From positions 5,550,001 to 5,582,000 of the forward strand of contig NZ_LN831024.1 of assembly GCF_001457615.1 (NCBI RefSeq): a DNA stretch of 32,000 nucleotides, given 5' to 3'. A program made the translations under genes and the position numbers. Shown here piece after piece: positions 22,183 through 32,000 of the stretch (positions within the stretch are counted from its first letter, which is position 1; every line of letters starts with the position of its first letter). The notes beneath the pieces were generated by a model. The model did no database searches. It saw nothing but the letters and a program-made list of their open reading frames with translations, and had not been told where the DNA came from. The DNA comes from Pseudomonas aeruginosa (lineage in GTDB: Bacteria; Pseudomonadota; Gammaproteobacteria; Pseudomonadales; Pseudomonadaceae).

Positions 22183-24680
22183 CAGGTGGATACCGTTCTC
22201 TGGCTGACATCGTCGACATGGGCGAAATAGCGCAAGCCTAGCCGATCGGAGACCTGTCCGGCGCAGGCGGCGATGTCGCGCAGCAGTCGCGCCAGCCCGA
22301 CGAGCACCTCGTCGAGTCCTGCCGCGCCGAACAGCGGGCTTTCCAGGGCCGCCAGATCGAAGCTGCGCAGGCGTTCGCCCAGGGTCCTGAGTTCCCGCTC
22401 GCGTGGCGCGCCGAACTCCTCGTGCAGGCGCTCCAGCGAACGCTCCAGGGCCTGCAACTGGAAGCGCAGCGAGTGCGGGTTCTGCTCGTGCAACAGGAGC
22501 AGGTCGAGCACCGGGACCAGCTGCGGCGACGCCAGGTAGCGCGAGCGGTAGGTGATGCCGCTGTTACCCAGCTCCAGCAGCCACTCCAGCGCGCCGGCGT
22601 CCCAGGCGCTACCGCCGTCGAGGAAGGCGGCGATGCTCTCGGCGAAGAAGCGCACGCGCTCGATGCGCCGGCCGATCATCAGGAAACGCCAGCCGTCGTC
22701 GCGGGTCATGTCGTCGAGGGCGAAACCGGACAACGCGGCCAGGGACATCACTAGCCGGTTGAGGAAGTCCAGCGCTTCGCCGAGGTCGGTGCGTGCCGGA
22801 TCGAGCGCCTGCATGTCGCGTTGCAGCTCCAGCAAGGCCAGCCAGTTCTCCCCGGACAAGCGCCCGCGCACCTGCGCCGCCGCCCAGTGCAGGCGCCGCA
22901 GGTTGGCGCACAGGCTCGCCGGCCAGTGCTCGTCGAGCAACGCCCGCAACAGGCACCTTTCCAACGGCTCGCCATCCCCGGGCAGCAGGCCGATGCCGCC
23001 GGCCAGGGCCAGGGCGCTGCGCAACGCCTCTTCGTCGCCATCGGCATCCACGTAGCGCGACAGCACCACCCGCAACAGGCGCGCATGGTCGTCGCAACGC
23101 TCGGCATAGCGGCCGTACCAGAACAGGTTCTCCACCACCCGCGACGGCAGGTAGGGGTCTTCGCGGACCAGGTCGCGCACGCCGAGCCGGCGCGGTCGCA
23201 ACGGCTCGCCGCCGACTGCTCGCTCGGCCAGCACCCAGGTGTCCTTGCTCGCCCCGCCGCGCTGCATCGACACCACTTCGGCGTCCGCCGCCGAGGCTAC
23301 GCGGGTCAGGCCGCCGGGCATCACCCAGTAGCGGCCGTCGCTGGCGGCGACGGCGAATACGCGCATGCCGATGGCCCGCGACTGCAGGCCGACGCCGGCC
23401 TTGCCGTCGCGCCAGACCGGTGCCTGGGACAACTGCGCCAGGCGTTGCGCCACGTAGGCCTGCGGGCGCTCGCGCAAGCGCTCGCCGAGGGATGCCAGGC
23501 CGGCACTGTCGAGGGAGTGGCCGAACAGAGGTTCGCAGCGCTGGCCGGGAAAGGCCGGCTTGATCACCAGGTCGGGCAGTGCCGCGAGTATCGCCTCGAG
23601 GGCTTGCGGCTCGCCGCACCAGCGGGTGTCGAGCGAGGGCAGCGCCAGTTCCTCGCCAAGCAGGCGGCGACAGGCCTGCGGCAGGAAGCCGAGCAGGCCG
23701 GGCGACTCCAGCACTCCGCTGCCCAGTGCGTTGGCCACCAGCACGCGTCCCTGGCGTACCGCCTCGAGCAGGCCGGGAATGCCCAGCGCCGAGTCGGTAC
23801 GTAATTCCAGTGGGTCGCAGAAATCGTCATCGAGGCGCCGCAATACCGCGTGCACCCGTTTCAGGCCGCCGAGGGTCTTGAGATAGAGGGTGGCGTCGCG
23901 CACCGTCAGGTCGTGCCCCTCGACCAGCGGAAAACCGAGCTGGCGCGCCAGGTAGAGATGCTCGAAGTAGGTTTCGTTGAAACGTCCGGGAGTCAGCAGC
24001 ACCACCAGCGGCGTCTCGCCGTCGCCAGCGGCCTGGCTGGCGAGGGTCTCCTGCAGGGTGCGGAAATACCCGGCGAGATGCTGCACGCGCAGGTCGCGAT
24101 AGAGTTCCGGCAAGGCCCGCGAGACGATCTGCCGGTTCTCCAGCGCATAGCCCGCGCCGGACGGAGCCTGGGTGCGGTCGGCAAGGACCTGCCAGCGTCC
24201 GTCGGCATCGCGCGCCAGGTCCACGGCATAGCTGTGCAGGAAAATCCCGCCGGGCGGCCGGATGCCGAGCGCCGGCCAGAGGAAGTTCGGATGGCCGAAG
24301 ACCAGTTCGCTGGGCAGCAGCCCTTCGGCGAGCAGACGCTGGTCGCCGTACAGGTCGGCCAGCAGCGCATTGAGCAGCCGAGCACGCTGCGCCACACCAG
24401 CGGCGATCGGCTGCCACTCGGCGGCGGACAGCAGGTTCGGCAGAAGGTCCAGCGCCCAGGGGCGGTCGGTGCCCTTGGGATCGGCGTAAACGTTGTAGGT
24501 GACGCCGTTCTCCTGGATCTGCCGTTCCACCAGGGCCTGGCGCTGGCGCAATTGCTCAGGGCTGCTGCGCTCCAGTTGGCGGAACAGCCGCTGCCAATGG
24601 GGACGCACGCCGCCCTGGCGATCGAGCAACTCGTGGTAGGCCGTATCGGTGAACGGATAGTGGGCAAGCAGCTCGGGCAT
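22182..24680 (-). CDS. Fused circularly permuted ATP-grasp plus alpha-E domain protein
   Basis: 832 aa. N-terminal region with GTDRPWALDLLPNLLSAAEW, GIRPPGGIFLHSYAVDLARDADGRWQVLADRTQAPSGAGYALENR and GRQGVGL-like segments (CP_ATPgrasp). C-terminal PSRVVENLFWYGRYAERCDDHARLLRVVL is typical alpha-E. TGATG overlap with the transglutaminase gene. Confidence 0.9.
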   Translation of the reverse strand: MPELLAHYPFTDTAYHELLDRQGGVRPHWQRLFRQLERSSPEQLRQRQALVERQIQENGVTYNVYADPKGTDRPWALDLLPNLLSAAEWQPIAAGVAQRARLLNALLADLYGDQRLLAEGLLPSELVFGHPNFLWPALGIRPPGGIFLHSYAVDLARDADGRWQVLADRTQAPSGAGYALENRQIVSRALPELYRDLRVQHLAGYFRTLQETLASQAAGDGETPLVVLLTPGRFNETYFEHLYLARQLGFPLVEGHDLTVRDATLYLKTLGGLKRVHAVLRRLDDDFCDPLELRTDSALGIPGLLEAVRQGRVLVANALGSGVLESPGLLGFLPQACRRLLGEELALPSLDTRWCGEPQALEAILAALPDLVIKPAFPGQRCEPLFGHSLDSAGLASLGERLRERPQAYVAQRLAQLSQAPVWRDGKAGVGLQSRAIGMRVFAVAASDGRYWVMPGGLTRVASAADAEVVSMQRGGASKDTWVLAERAVGGEPLRPRRLGVRDLVREDPYLPSRVVENLFWYGRYAERCDDHARLLRVVLSRYVDADGDEEALRSALALAGGIGLLPGDGEPLERCLLRALLDEHWPASLCANLRRLHWAAAQVRGRLSGENWLALLELQRDMQALDPARTDLGEALDFLNRLVMSLAALSGFALDDMTRDDGWRFLMIGRRIERVRFFAESIAAFLDGGSAWDAGALEWLLELGNSGITYRSRYLASPQLVPVLDLLLLHEQNPHSLRFQLQALERSLERLHEEFGAPRERELRTLGERLRSFDLAALESPLFGAAGLDEVLVGLARLLRDIAACAGQVSDRLGLRYFAHVDDVSQRTVST

Positions 24681-24941
24681 CGAAGGCTCGCGGGGCTGGG
24701 GTTGCGGTCACTGTAGCGGAGTCGGCGGCGCGACGCCGGAGCGAAGCGACGAGGCGTTGCCGGGTCCGCCACGACGGTTCTTCGTGAAGACCGGGATGCC
24801 CCGGAAGCGCAAGACTTGTGCCAGCGCCGTCAGGCCCGGGCGGCCAGGAGGTCGTGCCGCGGCAATGCACTGCGACGGTGCGCGACCGCAGGCAAGGTTG
24901 CAGCCGCGCACGCTTTGCGGGCGGCAGGGCCGCCCCGGCGA

Positions 24942-27194
<2,253 letters not shown>

Positions 27195-27332
27195 CAGGGG
27201 GTATCTCTAGGAATGGGGGGTCGCGAAAACGCGGGGCGCGGAATATAGCACAAAAAATGAGCAATTCCGACGTTTTCACTGGGTATTGCCTGTCGTCGGC
27301 CGGCTTCGAAAAAATGCCATCATTTAGCCATC

Positions 27333-29300
27333 TTGTTTCTATACTCCATTCATCGTCATCTCACCCGGCCTCTAAGGCAGGCCCCCGGGAGAGTCATCGT
27401 GCGCCATCCTCTTGCCCAGTTCGCGGTCGTCTTCCTGCTATTGGCCAGCGCCGCGTCGAACGCAGCGCCGGAGCTTCCTACGGGCCCGGCCAGCGGCGCC
27501 TGGTTGAACGGCTCGCTGGACCTGCTCGAAGACCCCGATGGCAACCTGGCGGTGGAGGACCTCGAACAAGCGGAGCAGGCCGGCCGCTTCGTCGCCGCCG
27601 CCGGCCGCACCAGCGTCGGCCTCAGCCGCAGCGCCTGGTGGCTGCGCCTCGACCTGCCGAGACGCGAGGCGGTATCCGGCGGCTGGTGGCTGGAAGTCGC
27701 CAGCGCCAGCCTGCACGACCTGCGCCTGTACCTCCCCGACGAGCGCGGCGGGTTCCGTGAACATCGCAGCGGCGAAGCGGTGCCCTTCGCCGAGGGCCGC
27801 GACCACGCCTATCGTCATCCGCTGTTCCGGATCCCTCCCGGCGATGGGCCGTTGCGCGTCTACCTGCGCAGCTACGATCCCGGCGGCAACGCCTTTCCGC
27901 TGAGGCTCTGGAGCCACGACGAACTGCTGGAATACCGCAGCCAGGGCAACCTGCTGTTCGGCATGGCCTACGGGCTGATCCTCGCCCTGCTGCTGTACAA
28001 CCTGTTCCTCTTCACCAGCCTGCGCGATCGCGCCTATTTCTGGTACGTGCTGACCGCTGCCAGCGCGCTGGTGCTGACCCTGAGCATCAGCGGCCATGGT
28101 TTCGAGTATTTCTGGCCCGAGCGGGCGGTGCCCTGGTGGCTTGACCGCCTGGCGCTGCTGGCGATCTGGGGCATCTGCGTGATCCGCTTCAGCCAGAACC
28201 TGCTGCAAAGCCGGCAGCACGCACGCTGGGCCCATCACCTGCTGAACGCCTGTTGCCTGCTGTTCCTTGCCTGCCTGGCGTTCAACGCCGCCGGCTGGCG
28301 CTGGCAGGCGGCCGGCGTGCTGGCGCTGACCCTGCTGGCCAACCTGCCGATCGCCATCGGCCTGGCAGTGCAGCGCTGGCGCCAGGGTTCGGCCACGGCG
28401 CGCCTGTACCTGGTCGGCTTCGGCCTGGTGCTCGGCAGCGTCAGCCTTGGCGTGATGCGCGCCACCGCGCTGGTCCAGCCGACCTCGGCCAACGCCATGG
28501 TCTTCCCGCTGGCGCTGACCCTGGAGGCCCTGCTGTTCTCCCTGGCGCTCGCCTCGCGCATCCAGGATCTGAAGCAGGAAAGGGCCCTGGCCCTGGACCA
28601 GGCCGACCAGGAAAAGAACGCGCGCCTGGCCCTGCTGCACAGCGCCCAGCGCGACCTGGCACGCGCCGTGGAAGTCCGTACCAACGAGTTGAGCGAGGCC
28701 AATCGCCAGTTGCAGATGCGCGAAGCGCAACTGCAGTACGCCGCCCATCACGACCCGCTGACCGGGCTTGGCAACCGCAGGCACCTGATGGAGTTCGCCG
28801 AAAGCGCCCTGGACGACGCGCGCCGCCACGGCAACAGCATGGCGCTGCTGCTGATCGACCTGGATCACTTCAAGCCGATCAACGATACCCATGGCCACGA
28901 TGCCGGCGACTTCGTCCTGCAGAACGTGGCCCAGCGGCTGCGCCATTGCGTGCGCACCGAGGATTGCGTGGCACGCCTCGGCGGCGACGAATTCGCCGTG
29001 CTGGTCGGCGGGTCGAATGCCGAGCAGCATGCCCGCGACATCGCCGAACGCCTGCTGCGAGAACTGGCGAAACCGGTGGAGTTCGCCAAGCAGTGGCTGG
29101 TGATCACACCGAGCATCGGCGTCGCCCTGTTTCCCGGCGACGCCCTGCAGTTCGGCAAACTCTACAAGGCCGCCGACCAGGCGCTGTACCGGGTCAAGGG
29201 CGCCGGGCGCGCCGGCTATGCGATGGCTGCCGACGATGAACGCGAGACCGCGCCGGCGCTCCCCTGGCCGACCGCCCTGGCACCGGAGCGTATCTCCTGA
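27333..29300 (+). CDS. nicD: 7TMR-DISM membrane diguanylate cyclase (GGDEF), likely NicD
   Basis: 655 aa. DISM-ED2-like periplasmic domain, 7TM block, then DPLTGLGNRRHLMEFAE and CVRTEDCVARLGGDEFAVLVGG (intact GGDEF). The start may be a downstream GTG near 27396-27399. Confidence 0.87.
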   Translation: MFLYSIHRHLTRPLRQAPGRVIVRHPLAQFAVVFLLLASAASNAAPELPTGPASGAWLNGSLDLLEDPDGNLAVEDLEQAEQAGRFVAAAGRTSVGLSRSAWWLRLDLPRREAVSGGWWLEVASASLHDLRLYLPDERGGFREHRSGEAVPFAEGRDHAYRHPLFRIPPGDGPLRVYLRSYDPGGNAFPLRLWSHDELLEYRSQGNLLFGMAYGLILALLLYNLFLFTSLRDRAYFWYVLTAASALVLTLSISGHGFEYFWPERAVPWWLDRLALLAIWGICVIRFSQNLLQSRQHARWAHHLLNACCLLFLACLAFNAAGWRWQAAGVLALTLLANLPIAIGLAVQRWRQGSATARLYLVGFGLVLGSVSLGVMRATALVQPTSANAMVFPLALTLEALLFSLALASRIQDLKQERALALDQADQEKNARLALLHSAQRDLARAVEVRTNELSEANRQLQMREAQLQYAAHHDPLTGLGNRRHLMEFAESALDDARRHGNSMALLLIDLDHFKPINDTHGHDAGDFVLQNVAQRLRHCVRTEDCVARLGGDEFAVLVGGSNAEQHARDIAERLLRELAKPVEFAKQWLVITPSIGVALFPGDALQFGKLYKAADQALYRVKGAGRAGYAMAADDERETAPALPWPTALAPERIS

Positions 29301-29301
29301 A

Positions 29302-30378
29302 TCAGTGGCTGTAGCGTCGCGGAACCCGAGCCGTGACCTTGCTCAGAAGCTCGTAGCCAAGGGTGCCGCAGGCACGGGCGACCTCGTCCACCGACAACCC
29401 GGCGCCCCACAACTCCACCGGGTCGCCAACGCGAGCCTCCGGCAGGTCGGAGAGGTCGACCGCCAGCATGTCCATCGAGACCCGCCCGGCCAGGGTCGCG
29501 CGGCGTCCCCCGACCAGTACCGGAGTCCCGGCTGGCGCGGTACGCGGATAGCCGTCGGCGTAGCCGCAACTGACCGTGCCGATCCGCGCCGGCCGCTCGG
29601 CGATCCAGGTGGCGCCGTAGCCGACGCTCTCGCCCACGGCCACCTCGCGCAGTGAAATCAACTGCGCGCCCAGGCTCATGGCCGGCCTCAGGCCCAGTTC
29701 GGCGGCGCTCAGGTCGGCCAGCGGGGTCGACCCGTAGAGCATGATTCCCGGCCGCAGCCAGTCCATGTGGGCGGCCGGGATAGTCAGCACCGCCGCCGAA
29801 TTGGCCAGGCTGCGCTGGTCGAAATCCAGGTCGAGCAGGCCGAGGAAACTCTCCAGCTGCTGCTCGGTGAGCGGATGGTTGCGTTCGTCGGCGCAGGCGA
29901 AATGGCTGATCAGGTTCAGCTCGCGCACACCAGGATGGTTGTGCAGGCGCGCATGCCAGGCGCGCAGCGCGGCAGGATCGAAGCCCAGGCGGTGCATGCC
30001 GGAGTCGAGCTTGAGCCAGACGTTGAGTGGAATATCCAGGCCGGCGGCGAGGAACGCCTCGCCCTGTTCCGCGCCCTGGATCACCAGGTCCAGGCGCAAT
30101 TGCCCGGCGAGGGCGTATTCGCTCGCCTCGAAGCAGCCTTCCAGCAACAGGATGCGCGCGCTGGCGTGCAAGGCGCGGACTTCCGCGGCCTCCTCCAGGC
30201 AGGCCACGGCGAAGCCATCGGCATCGTCGTGCAACGCGGTAACCACTTCGCGCGCACCGTGGCCATAGGCGTTCGCCTTGACCACCGCGAACGCCTGGCG
30301 CTGCGGCGCGCAGCGCTTGGCCAGGGCATAGTTGTGGCGAATGGCGGAAAGGTCGACGGTGGCAACGAGGGGACGCAT
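29302..30378 (-). CDS. alr: Alanine racemase
   Basis: 358 aa: MRPLVATVDLSAIRHNYALAKRCAPQRQAFAVVKANAYGHG (PLP Lys), RPGIMLYGSTPL, SCGYADGYPR. Confidence 0.96.
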   Translation of the reverse strand: MRPLVATVDLSAIRHNYALAKRCAPQRQAFAVVKANAYGHGAREVVTALHDDADGFAVACLEEAAEVRALHASARILLLEGCFEASEYALAGQLRLDLVIQGAEQGEAFLAAGLDIPLNVWLKLDSGMHRLGFDPAALRAWHARLHNHPGVRELNLISHFACADERNHPLTEQQLESFLGLLDLDFDQRSLANSAAVLTIPAAHMDWLRPGIMLYGSTPLADLSAAELGLRPAMSLGAQLISLREVAVGESVGYGATWIAERPARIGTVSCGYADGYPRTAPAGTPVLVGGRRATLAGRVSMDMLAVDLSDLPEARVGDPVELWGAGLSVDEVARACGTLGYELLSKVTARVPRRYSH

Positions 30379-30446
30379 GGCATCGGGTCCTGCAACTGAA
30401 ACGGGTGCCTATGGTAAGGCGCCCGCCGGGCAAGACCCAAGCCGGG

Positions 30447-31841
30447 TCATTCGTCCTCGAAGTTGTACATGCCGGCGGCAAGGTTCTCGAAGCGCGTGTA
30501 TTTGCCGATGAAGGCCAGGCGCACCGTACCGATCGGACCGTTACGCTGCTTGCCGATGATGATTTCGGCGACGCCCTTGAACTCGGTCTCCGGGTGGTAC
30601 ACCTCGTCGCGGTAGACGAACATGATCACGTCGGCGTCCTGCTCGATCGCCCCGGATTCGCGCAAGTCGGAGTTCACCGGGCGCTTGTTGGGTCGCTGCT
30701 CCAGGGAGCGGTTGAGCTGCGACAGGGCAATCACCGGGCAGTTGAATTCCTTCGCCAGGGCCTTCAGCGAGCGGGAAATCTCGGAAATCTCGTTGGTCCG
30801 GTTGTCGCCGCTGGAGCCGGGTATCTGCATCAGTTGCAGGTAGTCGATCATGATCAGCGCCAGGTCGCCGTGCTCGCGCACCAGGCGACGGGTCCGCGCG
30901 CGCATTTCCGAGGGACTGATGCCAGCGGTATCGTCGATGAACAGCTTCTTGTCGTTGAGCAGGTTGATCGCCGAAGTCAGGCGCGGCCAGTCCTCGTCGT
31001 CGAGCTTGCCGGAACGCACCTTGGTCTGGTCGATACGCCCGAGCGACGAGAGCATACGCATCACGATCGAGTCGGAGGGCATCTCCAGGGAGTACACCAA
31101 CACGGCCTTGTCGGTGCGCATCACCGCGTTCTCGACCAGGTTCATGGCGAAGGTGGTCTTACCCATCGACGGACGCCCGGCGACGATGATCAGGTCGGCC
31201 GGCTGCAGGCCGCTGGTCTTCTCGTCGAGGTCGGTGAAACCGGTGGACACCCCGGTCAGCGCCTCGGTGGTGTTGAACAGGTAGTCGATGCGGTCGATGG
31301 TCTTGACCAGGATATCGCTGATCCCTACCGGCCCGCCGGTCTTCGGTCGCGCTTCGGCGATCTCGAAGATCTTCCGCTCGGCCTCGTCGAGGATCTCGTT
31401 GGCGCCGCGCCCTTCCGGGTGGAAGGCGCTGTCGGCGATCTCGTTGCTGATGCCGATCAGTTGGCGCAGGGTGGCGCGCTCGCGGATGATCTGCGCGTAG
31501 GCCTTGATGTTGGCGACCGAGGGAATGTTCTTCGCCAGTTCGCCGAGATAGGCCAGGCCGCCGACCTGGGCCAGTTGTCCTTCCTTCTCCAACTGCTCGG
31601 AGAGGGTCACCACGTCGATCGGCTGGTTGGCCTCGGCCAGCTTGTAGATGGCGCGGAAGATCAGGCGATGGTCATGGCGGTAGAAATCGCCGTCGGACAC
31701 CGAATCCGACACACGCTCCCAGGCGTTGTTGTCCAGCATCAGGCCACCCAGCACGGCCTGCTCGGCCTCGATCGAGTGCGGCGGCACCTTCAGGGCTGTG
31801 GTTTCCAGGTCGTATTGCTCGGGGCTGGTGATCTCGTTCAT
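30447..31841 (-). CDS. dnaB: Replicative DNA helicase DnaB
   Basis: 464 aa from MNEITSPEQYDLETTALKVPPHSIEAEQAVLGGLMLDNNAWE. Walker A AGRPSMGKTTFAMN, DYLQLMQ. The tabulated ORF has an upstream extension. Confidence 0.97.
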   Translation of the reverse strand: MNEITSPEQYDLETTALKVPPHSIEAEQAVLGGLMLDNNAWERVSDSVSDGDFYRHDHRLIFRAIYKLAEANQPIDVVTLSEQLEKEGQLAQVGGLAYLGELAKNIPSVANIKAYAQIIRERATLRQLIGISNEIADSAFHPEGRGANEILDEAERKIFEIAEARPKTGGPVGISDILVKTIDRIDYLFNTTEALTGVSTGFTDLDEKTSGLQPADLIIVAGRPSMGKTTFAMNLVENAVMRTDKAVLVYSLEMPSDSIVMRMLSSLGRIDQTKVRSGKLDDEDWPRLTSAINLLNDKKLFIDDTAGISPSEMRARTRRLVREHGDLALIMIDYLQLMQIPGSSGDNRTNEISEISRSLKALAKEFNCPVIALSQLNRSLEQRPNKRPVNSDLRESGAIEQDADVIMFVYRDEVYHPETEFKGVAEIIIGKQRNGPIGTVRLAFIGKYTRFENLAAGMYNFEDE

Positions 31842-31875
31842 AGACTCGACGCAAGAAAAAGGAACAGCGGAAAAA

Positions 31876-31911
31876 ACAACGGGCACGGTGCCGTTGCCGG
31901 TACCGTGCCCG
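31876..31911 (-). terminator. Rho-independent terminator of the rplI transcript
   Basis: CGGGCACGGT ... ACCGTGCCCG (31880-31889 / 31902-31911), followed on the minus strand by TTGTTTTTT. Confidence 0.85.
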
Positions 31912-31969
31912 ATGTTAGCGGACTGCCGCGGACACGCATATGCCCGCCCAGCCCTACCGATCGGATCGC

Positions 31970-32000
31970 TTACTCAGCGACGATGATCAGCTTCAGAGTG
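31970..32000 (-). CDS. rplI: 50S ribosomal protein L9, last residues only (partial)
   Basis: Minus strand reads ..T-L-K-L-I-I-V-A-E-stop, compatible with the L9 C-terminus, and it is the expected neighbour of dnaB. Confidence 0.75.
   Translation of the reverse strand, partial: TLKLIIVAE

Noticed and set aside
22793-24716. Several long plus-strand ORFs opposite the CP-ATP-grasp/alpha-E gene (e.g. 23850..24716, 22821..23804)
   Set aside because: They are low-complexity, R/A/G/P/Q/H-rich translations of the antisense of a clearly conserved gene, typical of GC-rich genomes. No recognisable domains.
27438-29030. 530-aa minus-strand ORF opposite the nicD-like gene
   Set aside because: Q/A/G/H/R-rich antisense shadow of a convincing 7TMR-DISM/GGDEF coding frame. 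No domain features.

Overview
The window has the gene content and order of a Pseudomonas aeruginosa core-genome segment, approximately PA4904-PA4932 of PAO1. That assignment is from memory of gene order and protein families; no search was run. In order it contains: vanA 3' end, vanB, a GntR regulator (vanR), an SDR, an ornithine cyclodeaminase/mu-crystallin-family gene, a five-gene HAAT/Liv-type ABC transporter, a LysR regulator, a chemoreceptor, an NAD-salvage cluster (nrtR-nadD2 divergent from pncA-pncB1-nadE), choE, azu (azurin), a LOG-family gene, a LysM/LytM lipoprotein, an MscS-type channel, a transglutaminase plus a fused CP-ATP-grasp/alpha-E protein, a YgiQ-type radical SAM gene, a 7TMR-DISM GGDEF protein (nicD), alr, dnaB and the rplI 3' end. 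I found no CRISPR array, tRNA, rRNA, IS element or prophage. The main non-coding signals are: (1) a 350-bp gap at about 2892-3242 with DnaA-box-like sequences inside a diverged direct repeat, plus a GATCA-N5-TGAYC-like module that recurs at about 21174-21252; (2) perfect GC-rich hairpins without U-runs flanking the ABC core genes; (3) a roughly 600-bp, partly AT-rich divergent regulatory region at 9390-10008; (4) candidate operators in the nadD2/pncA divergent promoter. The transglutaminase/CP-ATP-grasp/alpha-E pair is the least understood enzymatic system here. I see no compelling evidence of a wholly new multi-gene system.
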